64,000 nucleotides of DNA, from assembly GCA_022843945.1 (NCBI GenBank), contig JALHMR010000002.1:72073-136072 (forward strand), given 5' to 3'. Of this stretch, positions 22,351 to 30,626 are shown piece by piece. The stretch is from Rhodospirillaceae bacterium (GTDB lineage Bacteria; Pseudomonadota; Alphaproteobacteria; CACIAM-22H2). How positions within the stretch are numbered: position 1 is the stretch's first letter; every line of letters starts with the position of its first letter. Below the pieces are notes generated by a model. That model made no database searches. It was not told where the DNA came from and worked only from the letters and a program-made list of their open reading frames with translations. A program made the translations under genes and the position numbers.

Positions 22351-23240
22351 GCCAGCGCCGTCCGCAGCCGCTTGGCGGCGAAGTCGACGAACGCCCGGAC
22401 CCGCGCATTGGCCCGCCGCCCCTCCAGGTGAACGAGGTGGATGGGGATGGGCGGCGGCTCATAGTCTTCCAGCACGGCTTTCAGGCGCCCACTCTTGAGC
22501 TCGCGCGCCACCTGATAGGAGAGCACGCGGGTCAGCCCACGCCCCTCCGTCGCGGCGGCGATCGCCACCTCGGTATCGTTGACCTGCAGCAGGGTGCGCG
22601 GCGCGGCGGGGATGCGGCGGCTGCCGACCTTGAACGCCCAGGGATCACCCACCGAGACCGGAGCGAAGGCAATCCCGTCGTGACGGGCGAGATCCGCCGG
22701 GCGTCGCGGCGTGCCCCGGGCCTTGAGATAGGCCGGCGAGGCGCAAACCACGCGTCGGACCTCGCCGACCCGCGCAGCGCTCAACGCTGAATCGGCGAGG
22801 GGCGCGATACGTACCGCCACGTCGAGCCCTTCCTCGATCAGGTCGGTGACGCGGTCGAGCAGGACCAGGCGACCCTCGACCTGCGGGTAGCGGTCGAGGA
22901 AGGCGAGCATGACCGGCGCCACGAAGCGCCGGCCGAACATCTGCGAGGCGGTGACCGCCAGCGGGCCGCGCGGCTCGGCTTGTGCCCCGGCGGCAGTCGT
23001 CTCCGCCTCTTCGATCTCGCCCAGGATACGGCGGGCATCGGCCAGGTAGCGCTCGCCCGTGTCGGTGAGGCGCACCTGCCGGGTGGTGCGGTGGAAGAGA
23101 CGCGTCCCCAGCCGCGCCTCGATCGCGGCGACGGCTCGCGTCACGGCCGGGGGCGAAAGACCCAGGCGGCGCGCCGCGGCGCCGAAGCCCTGAAGCTCGG
23201 CGACGGCCACGAAGGCGCGCATGGCGTCGAAACGGTCCAT
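22347..23240 (-). CDS. LysR-family transcriptional regulator
   Basis: N-terminal HTH (MRAFVAVAELQGFGAAARRLGLSPPAVTRAVAALE), a LysR substrate-binding domain, and a 4-bp convergent overlap with the upstream membrane-protein gene. Confidence 0.9.
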   Translation of the reverse strand: MDRFDAMRAFVAVAELQGFGAAARRLGLSPPAVTRAVAAIEARLGTRLFHRTTRQVRLTDTGERYLADARRILGEIEEAETTAAGAQAEPRGPLAVTASQMFGRRFVAPVMLAFLDRYPQVEGRLVLLDRVTDLIEEGLDVAVRIAPLADSALSAARVGEVRRVVCASPAYLKARGTPRRPADLARHDGIAFAPVSVGDPWAFKVGSRRIPAAPRTLLQVNDTEVAIAAATEGRGLTRVLSYQVARELKSGRLKAVLEDYEPPPIPIHLVHLEGRRANARVRAFVDFAAKRLRTALA

Positions 23241-23244
23241 GTCA

Positions 23245-23265
23245 CTATTTCAATATATGAAATAG
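23245..23265. promoter_or_regulatory. LysR-type operator palindrome (T-N11-A class) in the divergent LysR/GST intergenic region
   Basis: CTATTTCA-atata-TGAAATAG: perfect 8-bp inverted arms with a 5-bp AT spacer, 5 bp upstream of the LysR start codon and about 85 bp upstream of the divergent GST start. Confidence 0.5.
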
Positions 23266-23350
23266 TTCCTTGTCAACTGTCGGTATTAACAACAACGATG
23301 GCAAGTATCATCTTTACCGGCATCAAGACCTCATCAGGGAGATCGCCCCC

Positions 23351-23977
23351 ATGCCCACCCCCAGCATTCGTGTCCACGGCTTCCCGCTTTCCGGCCACGC
23401 GCATCGCGTCGAGCTCATGCTCTCGCTGCTCGGCCTGGATTTCGAGCGGATCGAGGTCGATCTGTTCAATGGCGCCCACAAGCAGCCGGCCTTTCTCGCC
23501 AAGAATCCTTTCGGCCAGATCCCGGTGATCGAGGACGGCGCGGTGACGCTGGCTGACAGCAACGCCATCCTCGTCTACCTGGCGAGCCGCTACGACCAGG
23601 AGCGAAACTGGCTGCCGCAGGACCCGGTCGCCGCCGCGCAGGTCCAGCGCTGGCTGTCCGTCGCCGCCGGCGAGCTGGCCTATGGCCCGGCGATGGCGCG
23701 GCTGGTGGCCCTGTTCGGCGTGCCGTTCGATGCGGCGCGAGCCAAGACCACCGCGAGCGCCCTCTATACGGTGCTCGATGCCCATCTCAAGGGACAGCCC
23801 TTCCTGGTCGGCGGGGCGCCGACCATTGCCGACGTGGCGCTCTACTCCTACACGGCGCACGCCCCCGAAGGCGGCGTGTCGCTCGACCCCTATCCCAGCG
23901 TGCGCGCCTGGCTGGCCCGCATCGAAGCCTTGCCCGGCTTCGTGGCGATGCCGCGCAGCGCAGCGAAGGCGGCCTAA
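23351..23977 (+). CDS. Glutathione S-transferase
   Basis: N-terminal thioredoxin-like GST domain (hGFPLSGHAHRVELML, FGQIPVIEDG) and a C-terminal alpha domain. Start at Met 23351. Confidence 0.85.
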   Translation: MPTPSIRVHGFPLSGHAHRVELMLSLLGLDFERIEVDLFNGAHKQPAFLAKNPFGQIPVIEDGAVTLADSNAILVYLASRYDQERNWLPQDPVAAAQVQRWLSVAAGELAYGPAMARLVALFGVPFDAARAKTTASALYTVLDAHLKGQPFLVGGAPTIADVALYSYTAHAPEGGVSLDPYPSVRAWLARIEALPGFVAMPRSAAKAA

Positions 23978-23989
23978 ACAATGCACGCG

Positions 23990-24095
23990 ATACCCCCCTC
24001 CCTAACCCTCCCCCACAAGGGGGGAGGGGATTCAAGAGCGCGCCTCCCTTCTTACTCCCTCCCCCTTGATGGGGGAGGGTGGGGTGGGGGTGATC
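23990..24095. repeat. REP-like hairpin repeat (CCCTCCCCC...GGGGGAGGG family), two hairpins
   Basis: CCCTCCCCC-acaag-GGGGGAGGG at about 24005-24027 and CCCTCCCCC-ttgat-GGGGGAGGG at about 24057-24080. Related copies at 39.9, 44.5 and 32.1 kb. Confidence 0.55.
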
Positions 24096-24114
24096 CCGAC
24101 GCTTGGTCTATTCC

Positions 24115-25107
24115 ATGACTCTCATGCCGCTGCCGGGCTGGCCCTACGAAGAGTCGCCCTATCATGCGGGCGAGATCGCCCTGCAGGAGCGGGCCGGCGT
24201 GCGCGTCCGGGCCGAGCGGATGGGCCGGGGCGGGATCCGCAACTTCATGCCCGACCAGCACCGCGAGCTGTTCACCAAGCTGCCCTGCCTGCTGGTCGGC
24301 AGCGTGGATGCGGACGGGCAGCCGCAGGCCTCGATGCTCGTCGGGTCACCGGGGTTCATCCGTTCGCCCGATCCCTGGACGCTGGCGATCGGGGCGGTAC
24401 CTGCCGCCGATGATCCGCTGGCGGCCAACCTTGCCGCCGGGGCCGCCGTGGGGTTGCTCGGCATCGAGCTCGACACCCGCCGGCGCAACCGCATGAACGG
24501 CGTGGTGACGGCGCGCGACGGGCAAGGCTTCGTCGTCCACGTCGGCCAGAGCTTCGGCAACTGCCCGCAATACATCCAGGCGCGGGCGCCGTTCTTCGTC
24601 CTCGACGGCGAGGCAGCGAAGCCGCCATCGCCGCGTCCGGAAGGCCCGCTTCTGTCCGCGACCGCGGTGTCTCTCCTGCGCCAGGCGGATACCTTCTTCA
24701 TCGCCACGGCGACGCCGCTCGAGAGGCGCAAGGGTGCCGCCCACGGTGCGGACGTCTCGCACCGGGGCGGCAAGCCCGGCTTCATCCGCGTGACCCGGGA
24801 GGATGGCGCGAGCGTCCTCACGGTCCCCGATTTTCGCGGCAACAATGCCTTCAACACGCTGGGCAACATCGCGCTGGAGCCGCGCAGCGGACTCCTGGTC
24901 GTCGACTTTTCGACCGGCGATCTGCTGTCGTTGACCGGCGAGGGATCGATCGTCTGGGACGGACCGGAGCTCGCGTCCTTTGCCGGCGCGCAGCGGCTGC
25001 TGAAGCTGCGCGTCACAGGCGGACTCCTGCGGGCGAATGCCGTGCCCCTGCGCTGGTCGCAGCCCCAGCCGGCGCCGCAGCTCGCGGCCACGGGATCGTG
25101 GGAGTGA
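24115..25107 (+). CDS. Pyridoxamine 5'-phosphate oxidase-like FMN-binding protein (tandem split-barrel domains)
   Basis: Two PNPOx-like split-barrel segments (LPCLLVGSVDADGQPQASML; FFIATATPLERRKGAAHGADVSHRGG). Confidence 0.6.
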   Translation: MTLMPLPGWPYEESPYHAGEIALQERAGVRVRAERMGRGGIRNFMPDQHRELFTKLPCLLVGSVDADGQPQASMLVGSPGFIRSPDPWTLAIGAVPAADDPLAANLAAGAAVGLLGIELDTRRRNRMNGVVTARDGQGFVVHVGQSFGNCPQYIQARAPFFVLDGEAAKPPSPRPEGPLLSATAVSLLRQADTFFIATATPLERRKGAAHGADVSHRGGKPGFIRVTREDGASVLTVPDFRGNNAFNTLGNIALEPRSGLLVVDFSTGDLLSLTGEGSIVWDGPELASFAGAQRLLKLRVTGGLLRANAVPLRWSQPQPAPQLAATGSWE

Positions 25108-25178
25108 GGCCCGTCACTGGATTTCGCCCGGGGCGCGTGCTTAGCTGACGCCTCATCATTCGTGGGGGCGCATCGGCG

Positions 25179-26045
25179 ATGGAGTATTTCCTGCTTGGCC
25201 TGGTCGGCCTGCTGATCCTGATTGCGCTGTCCGGCGTCAAGATCGTTCCCCAGTCCCATGAATACGTGGTCGAGCAGTTCGGCAAATACACGGTGACCCT
25301 GCGGGCGGGCCTGAACTTCATCGTGCCGATCCTCAACCGGGTGGCTTCCAAGGTCAGCATCCTCGAGCGCCAGCTCGAGCCCCAGGAAATCAGCGTCATC
25401 ACCAAGGACAACGTCGAGATCCACCTGACCACAGCGGTCTTCTTCCGGGTGGTGGATGCGGCAAAGTCGGTCTATCGGATCAACGACATCGACCTGGCGG
25501 TGAAGACCACGGTGACCAGCATCGTGCGCTCGACCGGCGGCCAGATGGAGTTCGACGAGGTCCAGGCCAAGCGCGACTTCATCAACGAGAAGATCAAGGA
25601 CTCGCTGTCGGAGGCCTGCGCGGTGTGGGGCATCGAGATCACCCGCACCGAGGTGCTCGACGTCTCGGTCGACGCCGCGACGCGCACGGCGATGCAGCAG
25701 CAGCTCAATGCCGAGCGCGAGCGCCGGGCCGCGGTGACCAAGGCCGAAGGCGACCGCCAGGCACAGCAGCTCCATGCCGACGCCGAGCTCTACACCGCGC
25801 AGAAGAAGGCCGAGGCGCGGCGCGTGCTGGCCGATGCCGAGGCCTACGCCACGACCCAGGTCGGCGCGGCCATCCAGTCCAACGGCCAGGCGGCCATCGA
25901 CTTCGAGATCATGAAGCAGCAGATCGCCAGCGTTTCCGAGATCGCGCGCTCGCAGAACTCGAAGCTGATCGTCATCCCGACCGATATCACCAAGACGCTG
26001 GGCAGCCTCGCCGCCCTGCTCGAAGGCCTGCGGGCAACGAAATGA
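25179..26045 (+). CDS. SPFH/band-7 (stomatin/prohibitin-like) domain protein
   Basis: N-terminal membrane anchor, then the SPFH domain (IVPQSHEYVVEQFGKY...) and a coiled-coil tail. Confidence 0.85.
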   Translation: MEYFLLGLVGLLILIALSGVKIVPQSHEYVVEQFGKYTVTLRAGLNFIVPILNRVASKVSILERQLEPQEISVITKDNVEIHLTTAVFFRVVDAAKSVYRINDIDLAVKTTVTSIVRSTGGQMEFDEVQAKRDFINEKIKDSLSEACAVWGIEITRTEVLDVSVDAATRTAMQQQLNAERERRAAVTKAEGDRQAQQLHADAELYTAQKKAEARRVLADAEAYATTQVGAAIQSNGQAAIDFEIMKQQIASVSEIARSQNSKLIVIPTDITKTLGSLAALLEGLRATK

Positions 26046-26323
26046 CCGCCGCCCTCGACCTGGTGGCGGAGTATCCGGTCCTCTTCTGGGCGGCGCTCGG
26101 CGTGCTGCTGCTGGTGGCCGAGGTGCTGCTGGCTCCCGGCTTCTTCCTGTCCTTCGCCACGGCGGCCTTCCTGGTGGCGCTGGCCACGGCGCTCGGCCTG
26201 CTGCCGGTCGACTTCCTGTGGAAGGCCTTGATCTTCGCGGTGATCGGCGTGGCCACCATCCCGCTCTTCCGCAGCCTGCTGCGCCGGTATTTCGACCGCA
26301 CGCCGGATATCAATCAATACTAG
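26042..26323 (+). CDS. NfeD-like small membrane protein partnered with SPFH
   Basis: ATGA overlap with the SPFH stop. Two hydrophobic helices in 93 aa, the typical partner of SPFH operons. No OB-fold domain, so this is a short form. Confidence 0.5.
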   Translation: MTAALDLVAEYPVLFWAALGVLLLVAEVLLAPGFFLSFATAAFLVALATALGLLPVDFLWKALIFAVIGVATIPLFRSLLRRYFDRTPDINQY

Positions 26324-26379
26324 GCCCTGCGACGTTCTCTCAATGCACGACGAGAGAGTGAGATTAATTGTGAGACGGA

Positions 26380-27228
26380 ATGACGCTGATTGTCGCTCGA
26401 AAGACTAATGACGCGACATACATTGTCGGAGACACACTTTTTACCGGTGGAAAGGAAAACCTCCGCAAGCCCGACGTTGGTCTAAAAGTTTTTGCGATTG
26501 ATGCTGAAACGATGCTTTCTTACGCCGGTGTAGCACCAGAGACGGCACATTAAATATTCGTCTCGGTTGTCAGCGAGCTAAAACAAGGCTCTGACGTCCT
26601 TACTTTGTTGGATGCCGCTCAACGCAAGCTCGGTGCGCCTGCACTTGATCTTCTAGTCGTTCGTAGAGGCCAGATCACCGTCTTTAAGAATGGTCAGGTC
26701 TCGAAAGATCTGGCCGTCGGGTGGATTGGTGACCACGCGGCGTTCGAGGCATTTCAGGAGGCGATGGAAGGACAAACTGCCGGAGCCTTCTCATTTCATG
26801 CAGCAATGAGCGCAGTTGTTCGGAATCACAAGGTGGCTACAGTTGGAGGGCATGCTGTAACAGCCCGCTCTGGGTCATCCGGGGCCAGCTATGAATGTCT
26901 GATGGCGCTAACTTCTCCTCGCTATGTTCCTAAGCCGGAAGACTGGGAAACGGTTGATTGGGCTGATGCTGCGCGCGGAGGGTATGGCTTTACAACAATC
27001 ACGCCCCCTGAAAAGGGGATTTGCGGCTGGGGAATTTTCTATTTTCAAGCATTTAGGGGCATCTATTTTTCGGTGAATTTAAGAGAGAATAAATTCGAAC
27101 GGCTGACGGCAAGCGCAAGAACTGCCGAACAGTTTTGCGGTGTTTTAGAGCCGGCGTTAGGCTATCGGCCTCTGCACTGCGGGGATCTTTTTGCCGCAAC
27201 GGGCCCCGCAACTACCCCGCTTTCCTGA
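26380..27228 (+). pseudogene. HslV/proteasome-beta-like Ntn-hydrolase gene (Anbu/BPH-like, with a roughly 130-aa C-terminal extension) interrupted by an in-frame TAA at 26551-26553; lies in a low-GC islet
   Basis: A single frame runs 26380-27228. The N-terminus MTLIVARKTNDATYIVGDTLFTGGKEN...KVFAIDAETMLSYAGVAPETAH matches the HslV pattern TTIVSVRRNGHVVIAGDGQ...[22 protein letters not shown], including Thr1, Asp17 and Lys33(+2). After the TAA the frame continues with LAVGWIGDHAAFEAF, which corresponds to the HslV GSGG segment. The track lists only the downstream 207-aa piece (26605-27228). Local GC is visibly about 50% against roughly 68% in the flanks. Confidence 0.5.
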
Positions 27229-27892
27229 ACGTCAGGTTGAAGCGGCAGCGGCCGGTCAGCGGATCGCTGCCCTCGGCCAGCTTGTCGACGCCGTGGAAGG
27301 TGAGCCGCGCCGGGCCGCCCCAGACTGCCACGTCGCCGCTGGCCAAGGGGATGCGCTTCACCTTGTCCTTGCGCGTGGCCCCGCCCCACAGGAATTTCGC
27401 CGGCAGGCCGAGCGAGACCGAGACGATGGGCTGCGTAAAGTCGCGCTCGTTGCGGTCCTGGTGGAGCGTGAGGCGCGCGCCCGGTGTGTAGCGGTTGATC
27501 AGGCAGCCATCGGGCGCGAAACCGGGAAAGCCGGCCGCTTCGGCGGCGCGTGCGGCGAGGGTGCGGAAGGACTCAGGCATCGCCGGCCAGGGCCTGCCGA
27601 TTTCGGGATCGAGAGGGTCGTAGCGATAGCCGCTGCGGTCGGTGACCCAGCCAAGCGCGCCGGCATTGGTCATGGCCACGGACATGGTGTGCCCGCCGGG
27701 CACGATCATGTGGCGGAAGGGCGAGCCGGCGGCGACACCCTGCAGATCGATCACCAGCCGCGGCGTCTCGCTCGCGGCGAAGCCGCGCAGCAGCACGGCA
27801 CCGTCGGCCAGGGTTTCGCGGTCTGGTCTTTCAAACAATTCGTCATGCCGGCGAAAGCCGGCATCCAGGGGCGTGTGCGTGGTGCTTGCCAT
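27212..27892 (-). CDS. alkB: Alpha-ketoglutarate-dependent dioxygenase AlkB (DNA/RNA alkylation repair)
   Basis: Collinear with E. coli AlkB (SPFRHMIVPGGHTMSVAMTNAGALGW, LTLHQDRNE, IVSVSLGLPAKF, RYNLTFR). HxD...H iron-binding triad. The 3' end overlaps the islet pseudogene by 17 bp, convergently. Confidence 0.85.
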   Translation of the reverse strand: MASTTHTPLDAGFRRHDELFERPDRETLADGAVLLRGFAASETPRLVIDLQGVAAGSPFRHMIVPGGHTMSVAMTNAGALGWVTDRSGYRYDPLDPEIGRPWPAMPESFRTLAARAAEAAGFPGFAPDGCLINRYTPGARLTLHQDRNERDFTQPIVSVSLGLPAKFLWGGATRKDKVKRIPLASGDVAVWGGPARLTFHGVDKLAEGSDPLTGRCRFNLTFRKAG

Positions 27893-27932
27893 GCCTCAAG
27901 ATGGATTGCCGGGTCGAGCCCGGCAATGACGA
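27840..27932. repeat. PGHD-type palindromic repeat element (TCGTCATGCCGGC...GCCGGGTCGAGCCCGGCAATGACGA), overlapping the alkB 5' end
   Basis: Hairpins CATGCCGGC-gaaa-GCCGGCATC and TTGCCGGG-tcgag-CCCGGCAA. The same motif family recurs at 37.6-37.9 kb. Typical Bradyrhizobiaceae intergenic repeat. Confidence 0.5.
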
Positions 27933-27996
27933 AGGTAGGCAAGGCGGAACCGCCGCCGGCGGCGCCGGCGGCGGTCCCTAGGGACAGGCCGTAGGG

Positions 27997-28341
27997 TCAG
28001 TTGACCTTACGAGTGTCGCCCTTGTTCGTATCGGTCTTGGCGCCGTCCTTCTTCACGCCGTCGGCTTTCACCGCCGGCGCCGTGCCGGTGGTGGTGCCCG
28101 GCGTGCCGGCGGCGGCCGGCGCCTTCGGGGGGACCTGCGCCTGCTGCTTGCTGTGGTCGATGGTCTGCGAAGATTTGCCCTTCGCCTTATCGGCCTTGTC
28201 CTTCTCGGTCTTGGCGGCGTCGGCCGGCGCGGCCTTGGCGGCCGGAGCCGGGGTGGCGGGAGTCGCCGGGATGGCCGTCTGCGCCATCGCCGGGGCGGCG
28301 AGCAGCAGGGCCAGGGCGGCGGCAGTCAAAGTCGTACGCAT
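27997..28341 (-). CDS. Small secreted Pro/Thr- and Lys/Ala-rich protein, paralog A (114 aa)
   Basis: Signal peptide (MRTTLTAAALALLLAAPAMA), a PATPATPAPAAKAAP stretch, the EKDKADKAK repeat, and a C-terminal ...TNKGDTRKVN. Start at the second Met (28341), which has a GAGGA RBS. Confidence 0.6.
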   Translation of the reverse strand: MRTTLTAAALALLLAAPAMAQTAIPATPATPAPAAKAAPADAAKTEKDKADKAKGKSSQTIDHSKQQAQVPPKAPAAAGTPGTTTGTAPAVKADGVKKDGAKTDTNKGDTRKVN

Positions 28342-28495
28342 GGGGTATGTCCTCATCGGTTGGGGAAGCCTTCAGGGGTTGTCCCTGCCATCCCACAACG
28401 CCACCCCGGACCCGCCTATTCGCGGAGAATTTTGCAGCCAAGGCTGGAATAAGCCCGGCGGGCAAAACGTGCGCGTGCCCCCGCGGACCAGCCGC

Positions 28496-28530
28496 CGAAA
28501 CGAAACCGCCGCCGGGGTCACCGGCGGCGG
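28496..28530 (-). terminator. Intrinsic terminator downstream of paralog B
   Basis: ACCGCCGCCGG-ggtca-CCGGCGGCGGCT hairpin followed on the minus strand by TTTCGTTTC. The same CCGCCGCCGG stem recurs after paralogs A and C. Confidence 0.45.
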
Positions 28531-28551
28531 CTCAAGCGTCGGTGGCGACGT

Positions 28552-28884
28552 TCAGTTCGTCTTGCGGGTGTTGTTCTGGTCCCGGACGTCGTTCGCGCGG
28601 TCCGGGCCGCGCGTTGCGCCCCCCTTGTTCGCGCGTTCGTTCGCCTTGTCGCCGGGGACGGTGGCCTGCTGCTTGGCCTTGTCGGCCTTCGCTTTATCGG
28701 CCTTCTGCTTGTTGGCCTTGTCCTTCTCGGCCTGGCTGACGGTCGCCGGGGCTTTGCCGGCGGCCGGCGGCGCGCTGCCCACCGGGGCCGGCGTGACGGG
28801 CGTCGGGCCCGGATTGGCCTGCTGGGCCATGGCCGGAGTGATAAGGGCGAACGCCAGGGTGGCGGCAACGAGAGTTTTACGCAT
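28552..28884 (-). CDS. Small secreted Pro/Thr- and Lys/Ala-rich protein, paralog B (110 aa)
   Basis: Signal peptide (MRKTLVAATLAFALITPAMA), a PGPTPVTPAPVGSAPP stretch, KADKAKADKAK, and a C-terminal ERANKGGATRGPDRANDVRDQNNTRKTN. GAGGAG RBS. Confidence 0.6.
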   Translation of the reverse strand: MRKTLVAATLAFALITPAMAQQANPGPTPVTPAPVGSAPPAAGKAPATVSQAEKDKANKQKADKAKADKAKQQATVPGDKANERANKGGATRGPDRANDVRDQNNTRKTN

Positions 28885-29062
28885 GGGAGCTCCTCGGGGA
28901 TCGTGGGGGAGATGAAGACGGATCGAGTTCGACTGGCTCGTGTCGCCCCCTATAACGCAGCCCGCCCGCTGGCTGCTCCGGGAACATTGGAGACTGCCGG
29001 CGCAAATAAGGAAAAGGGCGGGGAACTATTGCGCGCCGCAGCGGCGCCTCGCTGCTGGCCAG

Positions 29063-29803
29063 CTACCGCGCGTCGTGGAAGATGACGCCCAGGGTGAAGC
29101 GCCGGCCGGTGCGCACCACGCTCACGCCATGCCGCATGGCCACCCGGTAGGTGCCGTGCGTGCCCGCCACCGGCCGCTCGTTGACCGCGAAGATCACGGC
29201 TTCGCCGCGCGCCAGCCTCACCACCGCGGCGCGCGATTGCATCCGCGGCCGCTGTTCGGTGAGCACGAATTCGCCGCCGGTGAAATCCGCTTCGGGCTCG
29301 CTCAGCAGGACAGTGGCCTGCAGCGGAAAGACCAGGTCGCCGTAGAGATCGCGATGCAGGCAGTTGTAGTCGCCGGCCTCGTATTTCAGCAGCAGCGGGG
29401 TGGGGCGTTTCTGCCCGGCGGCATGGCAGGCCGCCAGGTAGCGCTTGAGATCGTCTGGAAACTTTGCGTCGCGTTTCAGCGCCCGGTTCCAGGCCTTGGC
29501 GATCGGTGCCAGCCTTGGATAGAGCGCCGCCCGGAGGTCCTGAACCACCTCGGGCAGCGGATAGGCGAAATACTGGTACTCGCCGCGCCCGAAACCGTGG
29601 CGCGCCATGACCACCTTGCTGCGGAAGGCGGTCGCGTCGTCGTAGGCAGCGATCAGTGCCGCGCATTCTTCCGGGCTCAGCAGCGGTCCGGTCGTGGCGT
29701 AGCCGTCGCTGTCAAGCGCGGCCGCGAGCTGCGGCCAGTCCAGCGCCGCGAGGCGATCGTCGATCGTCGCGCGGGCGGGCTTGCGAAATTGTGTCACGGT
29801 CAT
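29063..29803 (-). CDS. 2OG-Fe(II) oxygenase, prolyl-4-hydroxylase-like, cytoplasmic
   Basis: HxD...H iron triad (LHRDLYGD ... RVAMRHG) and a 2OG-binding Arg in an overall P4H-like fold. Start at Met 29803 (MTVTQF). No signal peptide. Confidence 0.7.
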   Translation of the reverse strand: MTVTQFRKPARATIDDRLAALDWPQLAAALDSDGYATTGPLLSPEECAALIAAYDDATAFRSKVVMARHGFGRGEYQYFAYPLPEVVQDLRAALYPRLAPIAKAWNRALKRDAKFPDDLKRYLAACHAAGQKRPTPLLLKYEAGDYNCLHRDLYGDLVFPLQATVLLSEPEADFTGGEFVLTEQRPRMQSRAAVVRLARGEAVIFAVNERPVAGTHGTYRVAMRHGVSVVRTGRRFTLGVIFHDAR

Positions 29804-29879
29804 GGGCACAATCTGGGACAACCGGACCGCCGCCGCCACCCGCTTCTTGCGCCCCAAAACAAAACCGCCGCCGGACATG

Positions 29880-29915
29880 TCCGGCGGCGGCGTGTTTGCG
29901 ACGCGCTATCGTGCC
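29880..29915 (-). terminator. Intrinsic terminator downstream of paralog C (possibly bidirectional)
   Basis: CCGCCGCCGGACA-TGTCCGGCGGCGG hairpin followed on the minus strand by TTTTGTTTTGGGG. Confidence 0.45.
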
Positions 29916-29919
29916 AGCG

Positions 29920-30186
29920 TCAGTTGGTCTTGCGCTGGTTGTTCATCTCCTTGACCTGGCCGGCGCGATCTTCGCCGCGCGTGGCGCCGCCCTTGTTGGC
30001 GCGCTCGTTGTCCTTGGCGGCCTTCGCGTTCTTGGCCTTTTCGGCCTTGGCCTTGTCAGCCTTCGCCTTGTCGGCCTGGGCCTTCTGCGCATTGCCGGTG
30101 GCCGGCGCGGGCGTGGGGGTCTGCTGGGCCAGGGCCGGCGTGGCCAGGATCAGCGCAAAGGCAGCGAGGACAGGGATCAGACGCAT
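29920..30186 (-). CDS. Small secreted Pro/Thr- and Lys/Ala-rich protein, paralog C (88 aa)
   Basis: Signal peptide (MRLIPVLAAFALILATPALA), a TPTPAPATG stretch, DKAKADKAKAEKAK, and a C-terminal ERANKGGATRGEDRAGQVKEMNNQRKTN. GGGAGA RBS. The track's longer N-terminus is read-through. Confidence 0.6.
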   Translation of the reverse strand: MRLIPVLAAFALILATPALAQQTPTPAPATGNAQKAQADKAKADKAKAEKAKNAKAAKDNERANKGGATRGEDRAGQVKEMNNQRKTN

Positions 30187-30331
30187 CGGATTCTCCCAAA
30201 AGTGACAGCCGCCCTCGAATCTGGGTGTCGGGCCGGTGCGGATCAAGCCCGGAGTACCGCGCCCCATCCTTGCCTTCCCGCCGCCGGAGGCGCACGCTGG
30301 GCGCCTTCCGTTCAGCCTCAGGAGTTCTCCG

Positions 30332-30559
30332 ATGGCGATGGATATGACCCAGCTCGAAGCCGCGCTTTCGCTCCTGCTCACCGAAATGGACGGCGAGATC
30401 GAGGACCGCCACGCGGTCTATCAGCGGCTTGAGCACATCCTCGGCCAGATGCGGGCCACCGGGCAACCGTTGCCCGACGATCTCGTGCGCATGGAGCGTC
30501 AGCTGGCGGCCGGGTTTGCCGCGGACGCGGCGGCTTCGCCGCGCCTGACCGAGCTCTAG
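30332..30559 (+). CDS. Small hypothetical acidic protein (75 aa)
   Basis: ATG 30332 is preceded by an AGGAG RBS. Host-like codon usage; no recognised family. Confidence 0.35.
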   Translation: MAMDMTQLEAALSLLLTEMDGEIEDRHAVYQRLEHILGQMRATGQPLPDDLVRMERQLAAGFAADAAASPRLTEL

Positions 30560-30626
30560 GCGTCAGGCTCTCGCGGCTCTTTACGGCTGCGGCTTCCTGG
30601 GCGAGGCTGGCGGCTGGAGGGCCTTC

